This document shows positions 26,837-38,234 of a stretch of DNA of 64,000 bases, piece after piece. The notes below the pieces were generated by a model. It was given only the letters and a program-made list of their open reading frames with translations, searched no databases and was not told where the DNA came from. Position 1 is the stretch's first letter. Each line of letters opens with the position of its first letter. A program made the translations under genes and the position numbers. Source of the stretch: Chlorokybus atmophyticus (lineage: Eukaryota; Plantae; Mesostigma and Chlorokybus algae); assembly GCA_009103225.1 (NCBI GenBank), contig RHPI01003642.1, forward strand, positions 455,116 through 519,115, read 5' to 3'.

Positions 26837-29800
26837 CTCTTGTACTCAAAATGCCAGTCGCGGCGTGTGGTCCATGACACCTCGCTCGAGGCGCTATTGG
26901 TTTCGCTTTGGGCACCCTGCACCAAGTACACAAGATGGTTATATGTGATGCCAAAACCCAGGATATATGAGGACATCCAGATTCTAATGGACAACACTGT
27001 TAACTCTCCTCTTACCGGAGTGTCCCAGTGCATGCCTCGATGCATGAGACTGCGCCTGTCTTTAACAAGCGCTACTGTTACTTTGTTGTCATGGGGATCA
27101 ATTCCCTCAAACCACTGGCCCTTGACCTGCCAGCAAGAAGGGATATTCATCAGCCATTTTCATACTACTAAAATTTACTATCATCACATCAAGCACACGC
27201 AAAAACGATTGCAACACAGCCACTTACCAGGTTGCAATCAAGGTAGGTTTGTTCTGCAAAGCGGGGCTTGTCTTTTCTTGGGGATTTCTTGGGGATTGCA
27301 AATCCTCCACTGTGCTGGACTTGGTTGCTCATGTATCACCTAGCTCTGAGCAGCTGGTGCTCCCGACCAGCTATCACCACAACATCAAAAGATTGCACCC
27401 TGCCATACCAATGGATCTTCTTGGTTGGGTCATGTGAGTCACGCCCACCGGTAAACACGCCACAGTCCACGGTGCGGAGTTTCTTCTCCATTTCCTCTGC
27501 TCTGAACTAACCGATGTCCTTATAGCGTGCTCTGAAGTATCGCTTGATGTACTTTGGAAAGATTGGACCGCTCAACAGCTCCATCTCATGCTTTGTAAGC
27601 TCCCTAGCAGGTCCACGCCAGTGATGCAGCTCATTCATATGCTCCATGTCCTTTGCCACGACATGTCCTTGTTTTTGAGCCCTTTCCCTTGCCATCCTGC
27701 GTTTGTTCACCTCCCGATTGAACTCTCTGTGTAGCAGCAACCCATAAAATAAATCATACTGTCTGCCCGTTGGACATTACGTTAAAAAATAGCAACTCCC
27801 AAAGCAACTTACTCTTTTAACAGCCTGTATTCATCGTCATTTTCAGCCAACCACCACTCGAGCTCCTGCCTTGTCTTACTATCTTTATCCCCAACCTCAA
27901 TACGGTGTCTCCGTCCGCAGAGCACATAGTCGTCATCATCTCGTTGCTTGCCCGATTGCAAACTGATGTCGGAGAAAAGTCGCTTCAAGGTGTCCATGTA
28001 AGTGTTCAGCATGAGCTGGATAAAGTATCTGCAGATGCAACTGGCACTTGAACAAGGCAAACAATGTGGAAAGTTTGCACGTAACTCTCAGTGGGCTCAC
28101 ACAAAACTTGCCTTTTGTAGATGCTTGCTTCCACATGCTGCCTTGCAATATCATGCGCTTCACCCACTGCATAAAGCGTTCATGTGCCCACTCCCAGTGG
28201 TCACGCGTCGGACCAAGCCACATGCACTGCTCTGGTAGATAGCCAAGGAGGTGCAGCATCATTGTGAGAGAAGTTCGCGGGAAGAACAGCTCCACTTCAA
28301 ACTGTGCCTCATGCATCAGCACCTGCACTAAGTAATAAGCTATGCATGCCATATGAGCTGGGCATGCAGAGTGAAGTGTTATTAAAGCCAACCTTCAATT
28401 CGTCGAGGTGTGACTGCTTTACTTCCAATGCAGTCAGCCTTTGATAGATGTCGCATAGTTTGAAGATGGTTCTCTTCTGATCTTCTCCAATGTCGTGTGC
28501 AGAGCGCAGCACGTACTGAAAAACGACCGACCATAAGTCGTGCTTGTCGTGCGATTTCATCGAGCCTGCATGCTCCATGTCAAAAGTTCCATGCATGGAG
28601 AACCATTGCTTTAGCGTAAACACAAAACATATAACGACTATCTCACCTAAATGCTTTGTGAAAGACTACAGTTTCGAGCCGAAAGTGCTTGAAACCCTCT
28701 TGCCGGAGAGCAATTGCTCAACCAGTCCTACATCTGTAATTGTCCATGGAGCCTGCGGTTTTACCTTGACTGCGACTTCCTTTCCATCCTTCATCTTCAT
28801 CTCTGTCTGCAGCACATAGGTTCAAGTCCTTGGTTAAATCCAACTATGGCACATGTCAACGAGGCCGACTATATACGTACCTCTAGCCAGAGTTTAGGCA
28901 TGCGGCCTTGCTGTTGCAGATCTTCTCGTGACTCGATGCTGTCGCGCAAGCCAGCTAGGAGATTTGCAAAGTTGGTTGCCAGGTTGGCAAAAATGTGCAT
29001 AGGGCCAACCACATGACCTTTGACAAATTTTTGTAACGGTAGCCAATATGGAAGGTCGTGGAAACAGCTCAGTCCAAGGATGCCGGAGGACTTTGAAGGA
29101 TGTCTCTTGGAGTGCAGTGGACGCTTGCTGTTGCGAGATGTCATAGCATACCTGATCACATGGCATCCATTGCTGACATACCTATGTTCTGCAACCGAAT
29201 GCGCAATCAACTGAGATTGCTCACCTGTACACGCTCTCTGCAGTCCGCATGGGTGGTGGAGGTCTGTGTTCTGGTTGCGGCCAATGCTCATCAACTCTGT
29301 AAGGATGGTCATCCGGTAGGTACCGGCGGTGGCCTTGATAGATCACCTTTTTGAGAAGTTCCACATGTTCTCCACTGCACTCGCGCTTTGAACAGCCAAA
29401 GATGGCTCCATGCGCCATCTGCAAGGCAGCTTTTGCCGGAGCTGCGCAACCAACATGATGTACTTCAGTAGCCACAACCATGGTTGCAAGGACAGTCCGA
29501 TATACAGTCAGACACTGATAACAGTAAGTGCAAACACCGACACCGAGGTCTTACATGCCGCCTCAGCGCCACGCCGACACACAAACAAACACAGGCAAAG
29601 AAACCGAGGTCTTACATGCCGCCTCAGCGCCACGAACACAAAAGCACAAGGCACGGACACCGAGGGCTTACATTGGACTGCCCCAGCCGCTCACCAACAC
29701 AATCATGCACACAGCCGTGCCTCATTTACCACTGAACTTGGCAATGTTACCGTGTATAATTCGCATAATCCCATCCTGACTTCGATTTGTGTGCGCCACC

Positions 29801-31320
29801 ATCTCCGTAGCAACACTAGGTTTTAGGTACAGAGCCCTCAGCGCAGCAGGCACGTCAAAGTAACGCCCAATCTTCCATGCAACTTGTCTACCTCCTATGT
29901 TGCGGTAGCGAGGGGCCTTGCAGACTGCATAAGCAAGTCGTATGCTGATGGGACATGCTAATCAAATCCCATTGTAGTGAACATTTGCAACAATTGCTCA
30001 CCTTTGCAAAGTATCCTGTTGGCATGTCAGCCACAATACAACATGTGATCACAGCGACATGCATCGTATATGTGGAAGCCCATGTTGAGGCCTTCAAGGC
30101 ATTTCAATAGCTCGTGCATGCTGCCTAGCATCTTATTCTCCGTAGGCAAGAGGATGCCACGCAACAACCTGGCACACAAAAACACATCAGTTTTGAACAG
30201 GCTGATGTTTCAGCAGTCAGCAGTATAATTTACCCACCAACCTGAGCAGTTTATTCATGAAATTGAATGGTATTCGATGTAGCTGCGCCAGAACCAATAG
30301 CAGCATGGAAATGCCTAGAGGGATTGTACGAGAGCCGAAAACAACAGGGTTGCTTGCATTAACCAGCAACGCAGCATTCACCTTGTAAAGTAGCATGGCA
30401 AATCAACGCATTTAGCCTCGTCCGGTTGCGATTCCACATCGGTTTCATAGTCTTGGTCTTCGCCGGCAACATCACCTTGCTCCGCAACACCTTGCTCCGC
30501 ATTGACTTGCTCAGCAGTGGAGGTGCAGTGCACTGGCGTCTCAGGCTCTACTTGTCATTTGTGGATTTGGTTCTGGCACCTTGATGCTCTTGCAATGTAG
30601 CATTCTCAATTCCACAAAATGCTGGGTGAGATCCGCGTTGTTCTCCATAAGCACATTGTCCTTCATGAGCACACGGATTACAAACTGCCAGCTGCAATGA
30701 GTCTAATGGCACATGAACAATGAGAGGCACAGCATCAGCAATGTCAACATGCCACGCAAGTCAGATCGTACCTGCTGGTTGCAAGTTTAATGCAACAATG
30801 AAAGGAGATTCAACACTCGGTTGCAACGGCGTGCCTGTGTCAACATGTTCAGTAGCATCGTTCCCAACTAGCAATTGTTCGGTGTCATGGAGAGCTTCAC
30901 CTGGGGCAAGCCAGATCAATGATCAAACAGCCTGTTGTATAGATTCACAGCTGTAGAGAAGTTGCTCTTGTACCTGACGACTTGTGTAAGGATGCAGCAG
31001 CAACAGCAGCATCAGCTTCTTCAAGTTCATGGGGTTGTAGCTATAGTCGATCACGGTATTCAGGAGCAACGGCTTCTGGAGTGCCACACCACATGTTTTT
31101 GCCAAAGTTTTCATGATATTCAGCCCTTTTAATGTGGTTGTGCGTGAACACTTTGCTCCCTTTGCGCGGCAAAAACACCTGCGAAAGTAGCTCATGCTAC
31201 AAACATCAAAAGCAGTCAGCCAACATACTGCAAGCAACTTCCAATCAACTTCCATACAGCCAAAGCAAAGACCTGCAGGCACGCTGCCGCCGCTGACACC
31301 GCCGCCGTCGCCGCCGTCAT
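26837..31320 (-). pseudogene. EnSpm/CACTA TnpD-like transposase, multi-exon, disrupted
   Basis: LLPTENKM..FHIYDAC..HMLY; KKVIYQGHRRYLPDDHPYR; DLPYW..PMHIFAN; MKSHDKHDL; ELFFPRTSLTMMLHL..LGPTRDHWEWAHERFMQWVK (DUF4218-like); WYGRVQ and DEYPFLLAGQ (DUF4216-like). Several stops and frameshifts; first-Asp core segment not found; start approximate. Confidence 0.87.
29542..29690. repeat. ~60-bp tandem repeat (accgaggtcttacatgccgcctcagcgccacg), 2.5 copies, intronic in TnpD
   Basis: Copies at 29542, 29603 and a partial copy at 29659. Confidence 0.85.
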
Positions 31321-31484
31321 GACTGCCTACCGTAAATTAGGGTTTAGGACACATCCAATCCCGATTCAAAACAAGCCGGAAAGTCAATCCGGATATGCTC
31401 CACAATTTGCGTACGTGCTCCTTTTCTTCTTCCGTCCAGTGCATTAGCTTCTAGGGTTTGTGTGCCAGGCAGCGTGGCGCCAGC
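31321..31484. promoter_or_regulatory. Divergent promoter between TnpD and the methyltransferase, with telo-box motifs
   Basis: TTAGGGTTTAGG at ~31337 and CTAGGGTTT at ~31451. Confidence 0.55.
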
Positions 31485-33110
31485 ATGCGCGGCGTCAAAG
31501 TGTGTAGCTTCTGCAAAGCATACTTGGTTAGGAATGGCAACAACATACGTCTGCAACAGCATAAAGAGAAGTGCAAGCTGTACAGTGAGCAGTATGGCTT
31601 CTATGAAGCCTGCTGGCACCACAAGGCAAGGGGGGACAATGTGAGGCAATGCAGACTGCTGCCACAATGCATGAGGCTAGATTTCTTTTGGGAGGAGTGC
31701 ACTTGCCTTCAGTGCTCGCTTTCCAAGTTTGAGTGGGACGGCGAGCCCATGAATCACCTGCCTTGGGCACGGCCTGAAGCATATCACGATGGGCAGATGT
31801 GCAATGCGGTTCGACGTCAGCTCGTGCGCAACGGTCGCGGCAAGTCCACTGTAATCGAAGACGATGCCAACAACAGGGTGAGTTGAACTGTCCTTGCAAA
31901 CAGCAAAACAGCGTTTGCATGCATGACCAACTTACTCTTGAATGCCAAAGGGGAACGCGGTTGTCGACGATGTCGCGACACTGGCTGCTTGGCGGAAGGA
32001 GATTGTTGATGAGGGGCAGTCTTTGGTAGCAAGCCGCGTTGTGGTGTACTGGCCAGGAATGAGCTCCTGGTATGCAGGCCACATCATCACTTTTTATGCC
32101 AACAGGTATACTGCAGAGTATTTACATGCGCACGCTCATGCAAGCACCGGCTCAGGCAAACATGTGGCTCAGGAAAACATACCATCAAGTATGACGATTT
32201 CGTTGAGGACCCACGGCTGCACCACATCTTGATAAAAAACTGGAACATGGCAGCTGTGCGTGAGGGTTACGACGTAATGGTTCGTGTTGGTGGTCAAAGC
32301 TGTCTGAAACTGCAAGACTTGCCTGGTCGAGAGCTCGATCGGTGGCCCAAGCCCCCACCCCTTCTGATCACTCGCACACCAATAGACTCAAACGGAAGAC
32401 GTTGCAGGCCGCGCGCACTGGATCTCTTTTGCGGCGCTGGTGGTGTAGCCATGGGTCTGTACAGGGCAGGGTTTGATGTTGAGGGCATCAACAACCAGCC
32501 ACAACCGTCATACCCATTCAAGTTCTGCCAGATGGATGCAATGGACGCTGACCCGACAGCATACGATGCGGTGTGGGCAAGTCCTCCATGCCAAGCTCTA
32601 AGTGGGGCCATTCCCACTACACTGCGCTCTGCGTACGGCAATCGATGGGAGCACGTCAACCTGATTGACCCCATAAGAGCCAAGTTGCAGTTGAGCGGCA
32701 AGCCATGGGTGATAGAGAATGTCGCAGGCGCATCAGGACACATGAAAACTCACCTGAAGCTGTGTGGCACCATGTTCAAGTTGGATGTGTATCGTCATCG
32801 CATTTTCGAGACAAACCCTCCACTGCACTCAGACTTGAAATGCAACCACACTGGTTGTGCACTTGGAGAGCTGGCCACCCACCCGGAGCAGCGCCGGCAG
32901 TTGCTACCTGGGGAGAGGAAAATTTACCCGGTGTACGGCCAAGCATCATGCCGTGGCACGATTGTAGGGTGGTAGTTTGCCATGCAGGTGGAGTGGACGG
33001 ATGCGGAATCGGAAGTCAAGAATGCCATTCCACCAGCTTACTCTGAACATGTAGGCAGGCTGTTGCTGGAAGCAATAGGCTTTACTGTTGATTACCCTCC
33101 TTTTTACTGA
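31485..33110 (+). pseudogene. C5-cytosine DNA methyltransferase A: Cys/His-rich N-domain, Tudor-like domain, bacterial/phage-type catalytic domain; one premature TAG
   Basis: Three in-frame exons. Tudor-like LVASRVVVYWPGMSSWYAGHI..KHTIKYDD. Motifs I ALDLFCGAGG, IV WASPPCQ, VI IENV, VIII RHRIFE, X NAIPPAYSEHVG. TAG at 32973-32975 where the paralog has Gln; final TGA 33108-33110. Confidence 0.9.
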
Positions 33111-33170
33111 AAGGTAGAGTAGCTCTTGATTGCTGGCCACTTTGTTAGCCTGAACTCAAACCCAACAACA

Positions 33171-34330
33171 GAATGAGCGACCCAATAAAGTCAGCAAGAG
33201 GTCTTAATCACGAGGATGCCTCTGTTTGCCAGCACGGGAAAGACTGACCTGCTGGGCAGGGTCTCTTCCAGAGCACCTTCATGCCCTATTGCGCCGTCCG
33301 CCCACCCGAGATTAGACCTCCTGCGGGTTCACTGCGAACGCAGGGTATGGTCCAACCAAAGCTGACTCGCGAAAGTCATGAACCAGAGGCTCTGAGCATG
33401 TGCACAAAGTCTACAGTACGTGACTTGCGCGAGACGGCTCTGCAAGACCACATCCTGTGTTCGCGGTAAACCCGCAGGAGGTTTTGTGTCGGGTGGGTGG
33501 GCGGAGAAGGAGAACTTCTAGGTTGCTGTGCGCATGCCTTTGGTTGCGTGCAATCTTTGGACACATGCCCGGTTTCAGCGGTTGCCGGGGCCAGTACGAG
33601 GGCGTGCCAGTACGAGGGCGGCATGTCAACAGCAGCAAGAGAATTTCTCTCGGGTGGGTGGGGGGAGAAGGACTGCCAGCCTGAGTTGCCATATCACAAA
33701 CAGCAACCCAACCCCAGCGGCAGGTACAACCGCCGTCCATCCAACAGCCCTGGAGCAGATCGCGACCAACAAGGCGGTGCGTTCGCAGTGAACCCGCGTG
33801 CAGTCGGGATGATCCTAAGCATACAAGGACAGGCAGATGTGGGTGATTGCATTTTGCTGCAATTCTTCAACACACACAGACAGGCAGCTAAAGCTAACAC
33901 ACTGGTTGTATACTCTGCCAACATTACACACCCCATGTCTAAGGCTGAGTCACCATATCCGCTGACATGTACACCTCGGGATTGCACAAAGATCTTGGAA
34001 TTGTATTTCCTCTATCCTGTACAAAGACCACGAAATTGTCTTTCCTCTATCCTGTCATGTCAAGCTCCTGTCATGTCACCTGGAAGAACACCTCCACTTC
34101 TTGCTGGTTAGCAGCGAAAGCAGGTGGCACAGGCAAGAAGGGGGCAAGAAAGTGAGCAAGAAGGGGGCTTAATCACAGGGTGATGCCCCTACGCTCTGCA
34201 TACAAAGACAGAATGAGCAAGCAGAGGGCTTATTCATGAGGATGCCTCTGCATTCAGCATGAGCTCAGACCCGAATCGGGAATGAGAAAACAGAGGGCTA
34301 AATCTAGAAGATGCCTCTGTGTTCAGCTTG
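33171..34330. repeat. Dispersed ~65-70-bp degenerate repeat (gaatgagc...gaggatgcctctg): one copy at 33171, three tandem copies at 34150-34330
   Basis: Read by eye. Confidence 0.55.
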
Positions 34331-37300
34331 AATTAATATATACACTTACACATGAGGTTGGCCCTACGCTGCGAGAACGATAGATGTTCGTTCTTAACAA
34401 GCTCTTTGATTTTGCACAGGCATGGTGAGGTAGCAGAGGCTCCTGCAAACACAACAAGCAGCAGATAGGTGTCCATGCGTGTTCCAACCTGCAAAGCTGG
34501 TAGTCGTGAAGTGAACAACCTCGAGGTTGCTGTTACAGCTACCTCTGCTGCTGCGGCTGCGGCTGCTGCTGTGTTTCCTCCTGCTCCCGCCGCTGCTTCC
34601 ACTGCTCCTCTCCCTGCTGAGCCATTCGCTTTATCTGTTGGCGCTCCTCCTCCTTCTGCCGTTTCAGCTGCTTATGCAGCTGCTCCTGCTGCTCAAGGGT
34701 CTCCTGTGCAACTATCATCTCCTGCTCACGCTGATATGCAGCTTGATGTGCCAGCTTCTTCCCCTCCCGACGACTGGTGATTTGTTCCAGTCGTTCCAAT
34801 TTCTGCAACCTGCTTGGCCTTGCTTTGCCGAACTCAAACTTTGAACGATCTAGGAGGTGTGCTTGCTGTTTAACAAGCAAGGTCCGTTCATAATCCTTGG
34901 CAGCCGACACAAGCAAATCGAACTGATCAGCATTCCAATCTTGGTTGCAAGGACCCTTGGGCACGCCAATGCGCACTACTTCCTGAGTCCCTGGAGAAAC
35001 AGTTGTAGTTTCAGGGCCTTATGCACCAGCTCAACGCAGGTGTTTGCCACCCCGCACAATTGTGCAAACTGCGCGTGATATTCGTCCACGGTGCGCTCCC
35101 CCTGTTGCACACGATGCAGCTTCTGGAAAGCACCAGAAGGCGTGTTGTCTCTTTGCAAAGCAGCTCGCTGTTGGCGGCGTGACGGGCGGCGTCTGCGTGT
35201 CTCATCCTGCTTGGCCTTGGCCTTCGCCTCCTGCCTCTGCTTGGCCTCGGCCTCCTCCTGCCGCTGCTTGGCATTGTCCTCATCCAGCTTGGCCTTGGCC
35301 TCCGCCTCCTGCCGCTGCATGGCATTGTCCTCATCCAGCTTGGCCTTGGCCTCCGCCTCTTGCCGCTGCTTGGCATTGTCCTCATTTAGCTTGGCCTTGG
35401 CCTTGGCCTCCGCCTCCTACCGCTGCTTGGCCTTGGCAACAGCCTTCTGCCTCTGCTTGGCCTCGGCCTCCTCCTTCTGCTTGGCCTCGGCCTCCTGCTT
35501 CTTGTGTTGCTCCTTGGCATTGGCCTCATCTTGCTTAGCCTTGGCCTTGGCATCCACTGGTCTCGGCATCCATTTTTGTGCCCTACAGACCTTAACCTGT
35601 GTCTCAACTTTCTGCTTAGGGGCCGCCTCGGCTTCCGAATGGGCCTCCGCATCAGCTTGCTGCTTGGCCTCGGCATCAGCTTGCTGCTTGGGCTGGGGCT
35701 CGGCTTGCTGCTTGGGCTGGGGCTGGGGCTGCGGCTCGGGCTCGGGCTGGGCTTGCTGCTGGGGCTCGGGCTGGGGCTCGGGCTGGGGCTGGGGCTCGGG
35801 CTCGGCATCTGCAGGGTACATGCAGCGCAGGACTTCTGGTGGCATGTCGGTGCGCTGCCAAGAGAGTATACCATTTGCATCATTAACAGACATGTAATGC
35901 GCGCTGGGCTTGCTTGGATCAATGTTGCTAACGATTATATGGCTAGCCACATCGATAACATCCTCGCCAATCACCACTACAGGTTTGACGGAATGCTTCT
36001 CTCCCTTGGCATCCACTGTGTAGTACCTCCCGTCATCGCCTTCGATGAGGCCGCCCTTGTGCTCTGCTTCCCAGCAGTTCTGCTTCTCGTCGGCAACCTC
36101 AGCGAGCTGCACAGTACCGATGTGAATGCCAAGAGCGTGCGCCATGATCGCCACTTGCAGTTGATCGGCATAAACGCTCTCTTCAGCGATCAACCTCTGC
36201 AGAGCCTCTACAGCGTTGTCTTCATCTTGCTTAGTTTTGAGTTGCTTTTTGTTAAGTGCCCTGGTTACGCCATATTTCCTGGCCATCTTTTTGTAATCCT
36301 GGCCCATGTCACCACAGGCCCCGTAGTTGCGATACTCCAGAAACCAATAAAGGTTGACCTGCTCAGCACAGAGCTTCCGAAGCTTTTGCGCTTGCTCTCT
36401 TGTTGGCAGCTGTTTGCCATTATCCAGCACAATGCTTCGCCAGAAAAACCCGTTGTCCGCTGCATTTGCGCGTGTCAAGCACGCAGCGTTTACGCGAGGG
36501 CGCGACTGGGCAAGGCAGGCATAGAAGCAATTCCCATCTGCATAGCTATAGGCGTACCTATAGGCAACGAAAAGCCGAAGCCGGTGTTTATCATGCAACA
36601 GCCCAACCAGCTCTAACTCGCCCTCCGTTTCTGCTGGAGGTAGACCGTCTTCTGGTTCAACAGCAGAAGCAGAGGTACCGGCTTCAGGTCGAGGCCCTTT
36701 CTGCTTTTGTGCAGTCTGGGACTTGGGTGGGGCCTTAGCTTTGTGCTTGGCCTCCGCCTAAGCTTTCTGGTGGGCCTCCGCATCGGCTTGCTGCTTGGCC
36801 TCAGCATCCGCTTGCTGCTTGGCTTGATCCTCCGCTTGCTGCTTGGCCTCCGCGTCGGCTTGCTGCTTGGCTTGGGCCTCCACTTGCTGCTTGGCCTCCA
36901 CGTCGGCTTGCTGCTTGGCTTGGGCCTCCACTTGCTGCTTGGGCGCCTCTGCTTCGTAGTCAAGACTGTATTCCCCGATGTCGATGCCCATAGCAGCTGC
37001 CTCTGGATCACATAGCCTTAGCTCTTCCTCCACATACTGCCGTAGCTTGAGCCTCCATTCTCGATTGAGGGAAGCCAAGTCTGGTTTGCACAGCGCTTTC
37101 TTGATAAAGACCACCAGCTCACCCCATGACATGAGGTTCTTGCTCTTCGCCTTCGCTTTCCTCCAGTCAGAGAATTTCTTTCCCCACTTTCTCTTCGTTT
37201 TCTTCATGGATGTCATTATCGGTAACAACATCTTCAAGGCCAAAATGCCCGAGGTCCATACCCCTAGCAGCTGCCTCCGGATCACAAAGCCTGAGCTGGT

Positions 37301-37690
37301 CCACCACGAACTTCCGTAGGCAGATCTGCAAGTTCTTGTCGAGCTCAAGCAAGCGAGGATCTTCATTCAGGTTCTTCTGCATTACTTCAACCATGACATC
37401 CCAACTATATTCTGTGGACATTTCGCCTTCCCAGCCTTCTCCTCCTCCCTTAGTTTCCGCCAATTATTGAACCCCTCCAGCAACTGAGCCTTTGTGGTGT
37501 CAAAAAGGTCTGCAATAGACAATGTTATTGCAACAATGGTGGCAAACAACCGCAGTGAGCATGCGTTAGTATGGTCAGCTTGAACAGCGCTACATTACTT
37601 GATTTCTTGCAGGGTTTCTGCGAGACAGCTGCCTTCTTAGCAGGTTCCTTCTTGTGCGCTAGACCCTTGTGCTTCTTGTTTGTGTGCATG
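33540..37690 (-). pseudogene. Composite ORF: duplicated unknown N-domain, EAKQQA repeats, OTU-like peptidase, EP/coiled-coil repeats, retrotransposon gag-like domain, possible CCHC remnant
   Basis: YADGNCFYACLAQ..VYADQLQVAIMAHALGIHIG..AHYM (OTU C/H). FQKLHRVQQGERTVDEYHAQFAQL..LFLQGLR (gag-like). GHVSKDC at ~33550-33575. Stops at 36758, 35417, 34976 plus frameshifts. Linkage of the CCHC part is uncertain. Confidence 0.7.
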
Positions 37691-37950
37691 ACCAGCGTTA
37701 CCACATGTTAACAATAATCATGCTGAACATCGAATACATTACTTATTACCTGCAGGCTTAAACTGGCCGAGGGGAACGAGCTTTCGCTTGGACAAAATGA
37801 ACGACCTGAGGAAAGCCTCACAGCCAAAAACAAGCACACATAGTTGAGCAACATGAGCACTTGAGCATGCACACTCACACACGGCTGCCTATTTGAGCAT
37901 GCAGACAAGCCTGAGCATGCACACTTTAGCCTCAGCCACAATGAAAACTG

Positions 37951-38200
37951 CATGCTCAAATAAAACAGCTTGGAAACTGAGCAACAGGTGGTTTTACGCA
38001 CGAGGCCGCCCCTCTGGTTAGCATCAAGTGGTGGCTAACAAGAGTGCATGCTCAAATAAAACAGCTTGGCAACTGAGCAAGAGGTGGTCTTACGCACGAG
38101 GCCGCCCCTCTGGTTAGCATCAAGTGGTGGCTAACAAGAGTGCATGCTCAAATAAAACAGCTTGGAAACTGAGCAACAGGTGGTCTTACACACGAGGCCG
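37951..38200. repeat. 96-bp tandem repeat, 2.6 copies
   Basis: catgctcaaataaaacagcttgg... starts at 37951, 38047 and 38143; internal GTTAGC..GCTAAC stem. Lies between the divergent OTU/gag and TnpA genes. Confidence 0.93.
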
Positions 38201-38234
38201 TCGTTGTATACTCTATCTACAGGAGGGCATCATC

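Noticed and set aside
31485-35320. MTase A as part of a DIRS/Gypsy retroelement with the nearby gag-like domain
   Set aside because: No RT, RNase H, tyrosine recombinase or LTR pair around it, and MTase B has no gag neighbour.
35011-37015. Long plus-strand Leu/Gly/Ala-rich ORFs (e.g. 35504-36616, 36707-37015, 35091-35897)
   Set aside because: Antisense shadows of the repetitive minus-strand OTU/gag coding region.
37951-38200. CRISPR-like array
   Set aside because: Units are wholly repeated with no unique spacers, there are no cas genes, and the context is eukaryotic.
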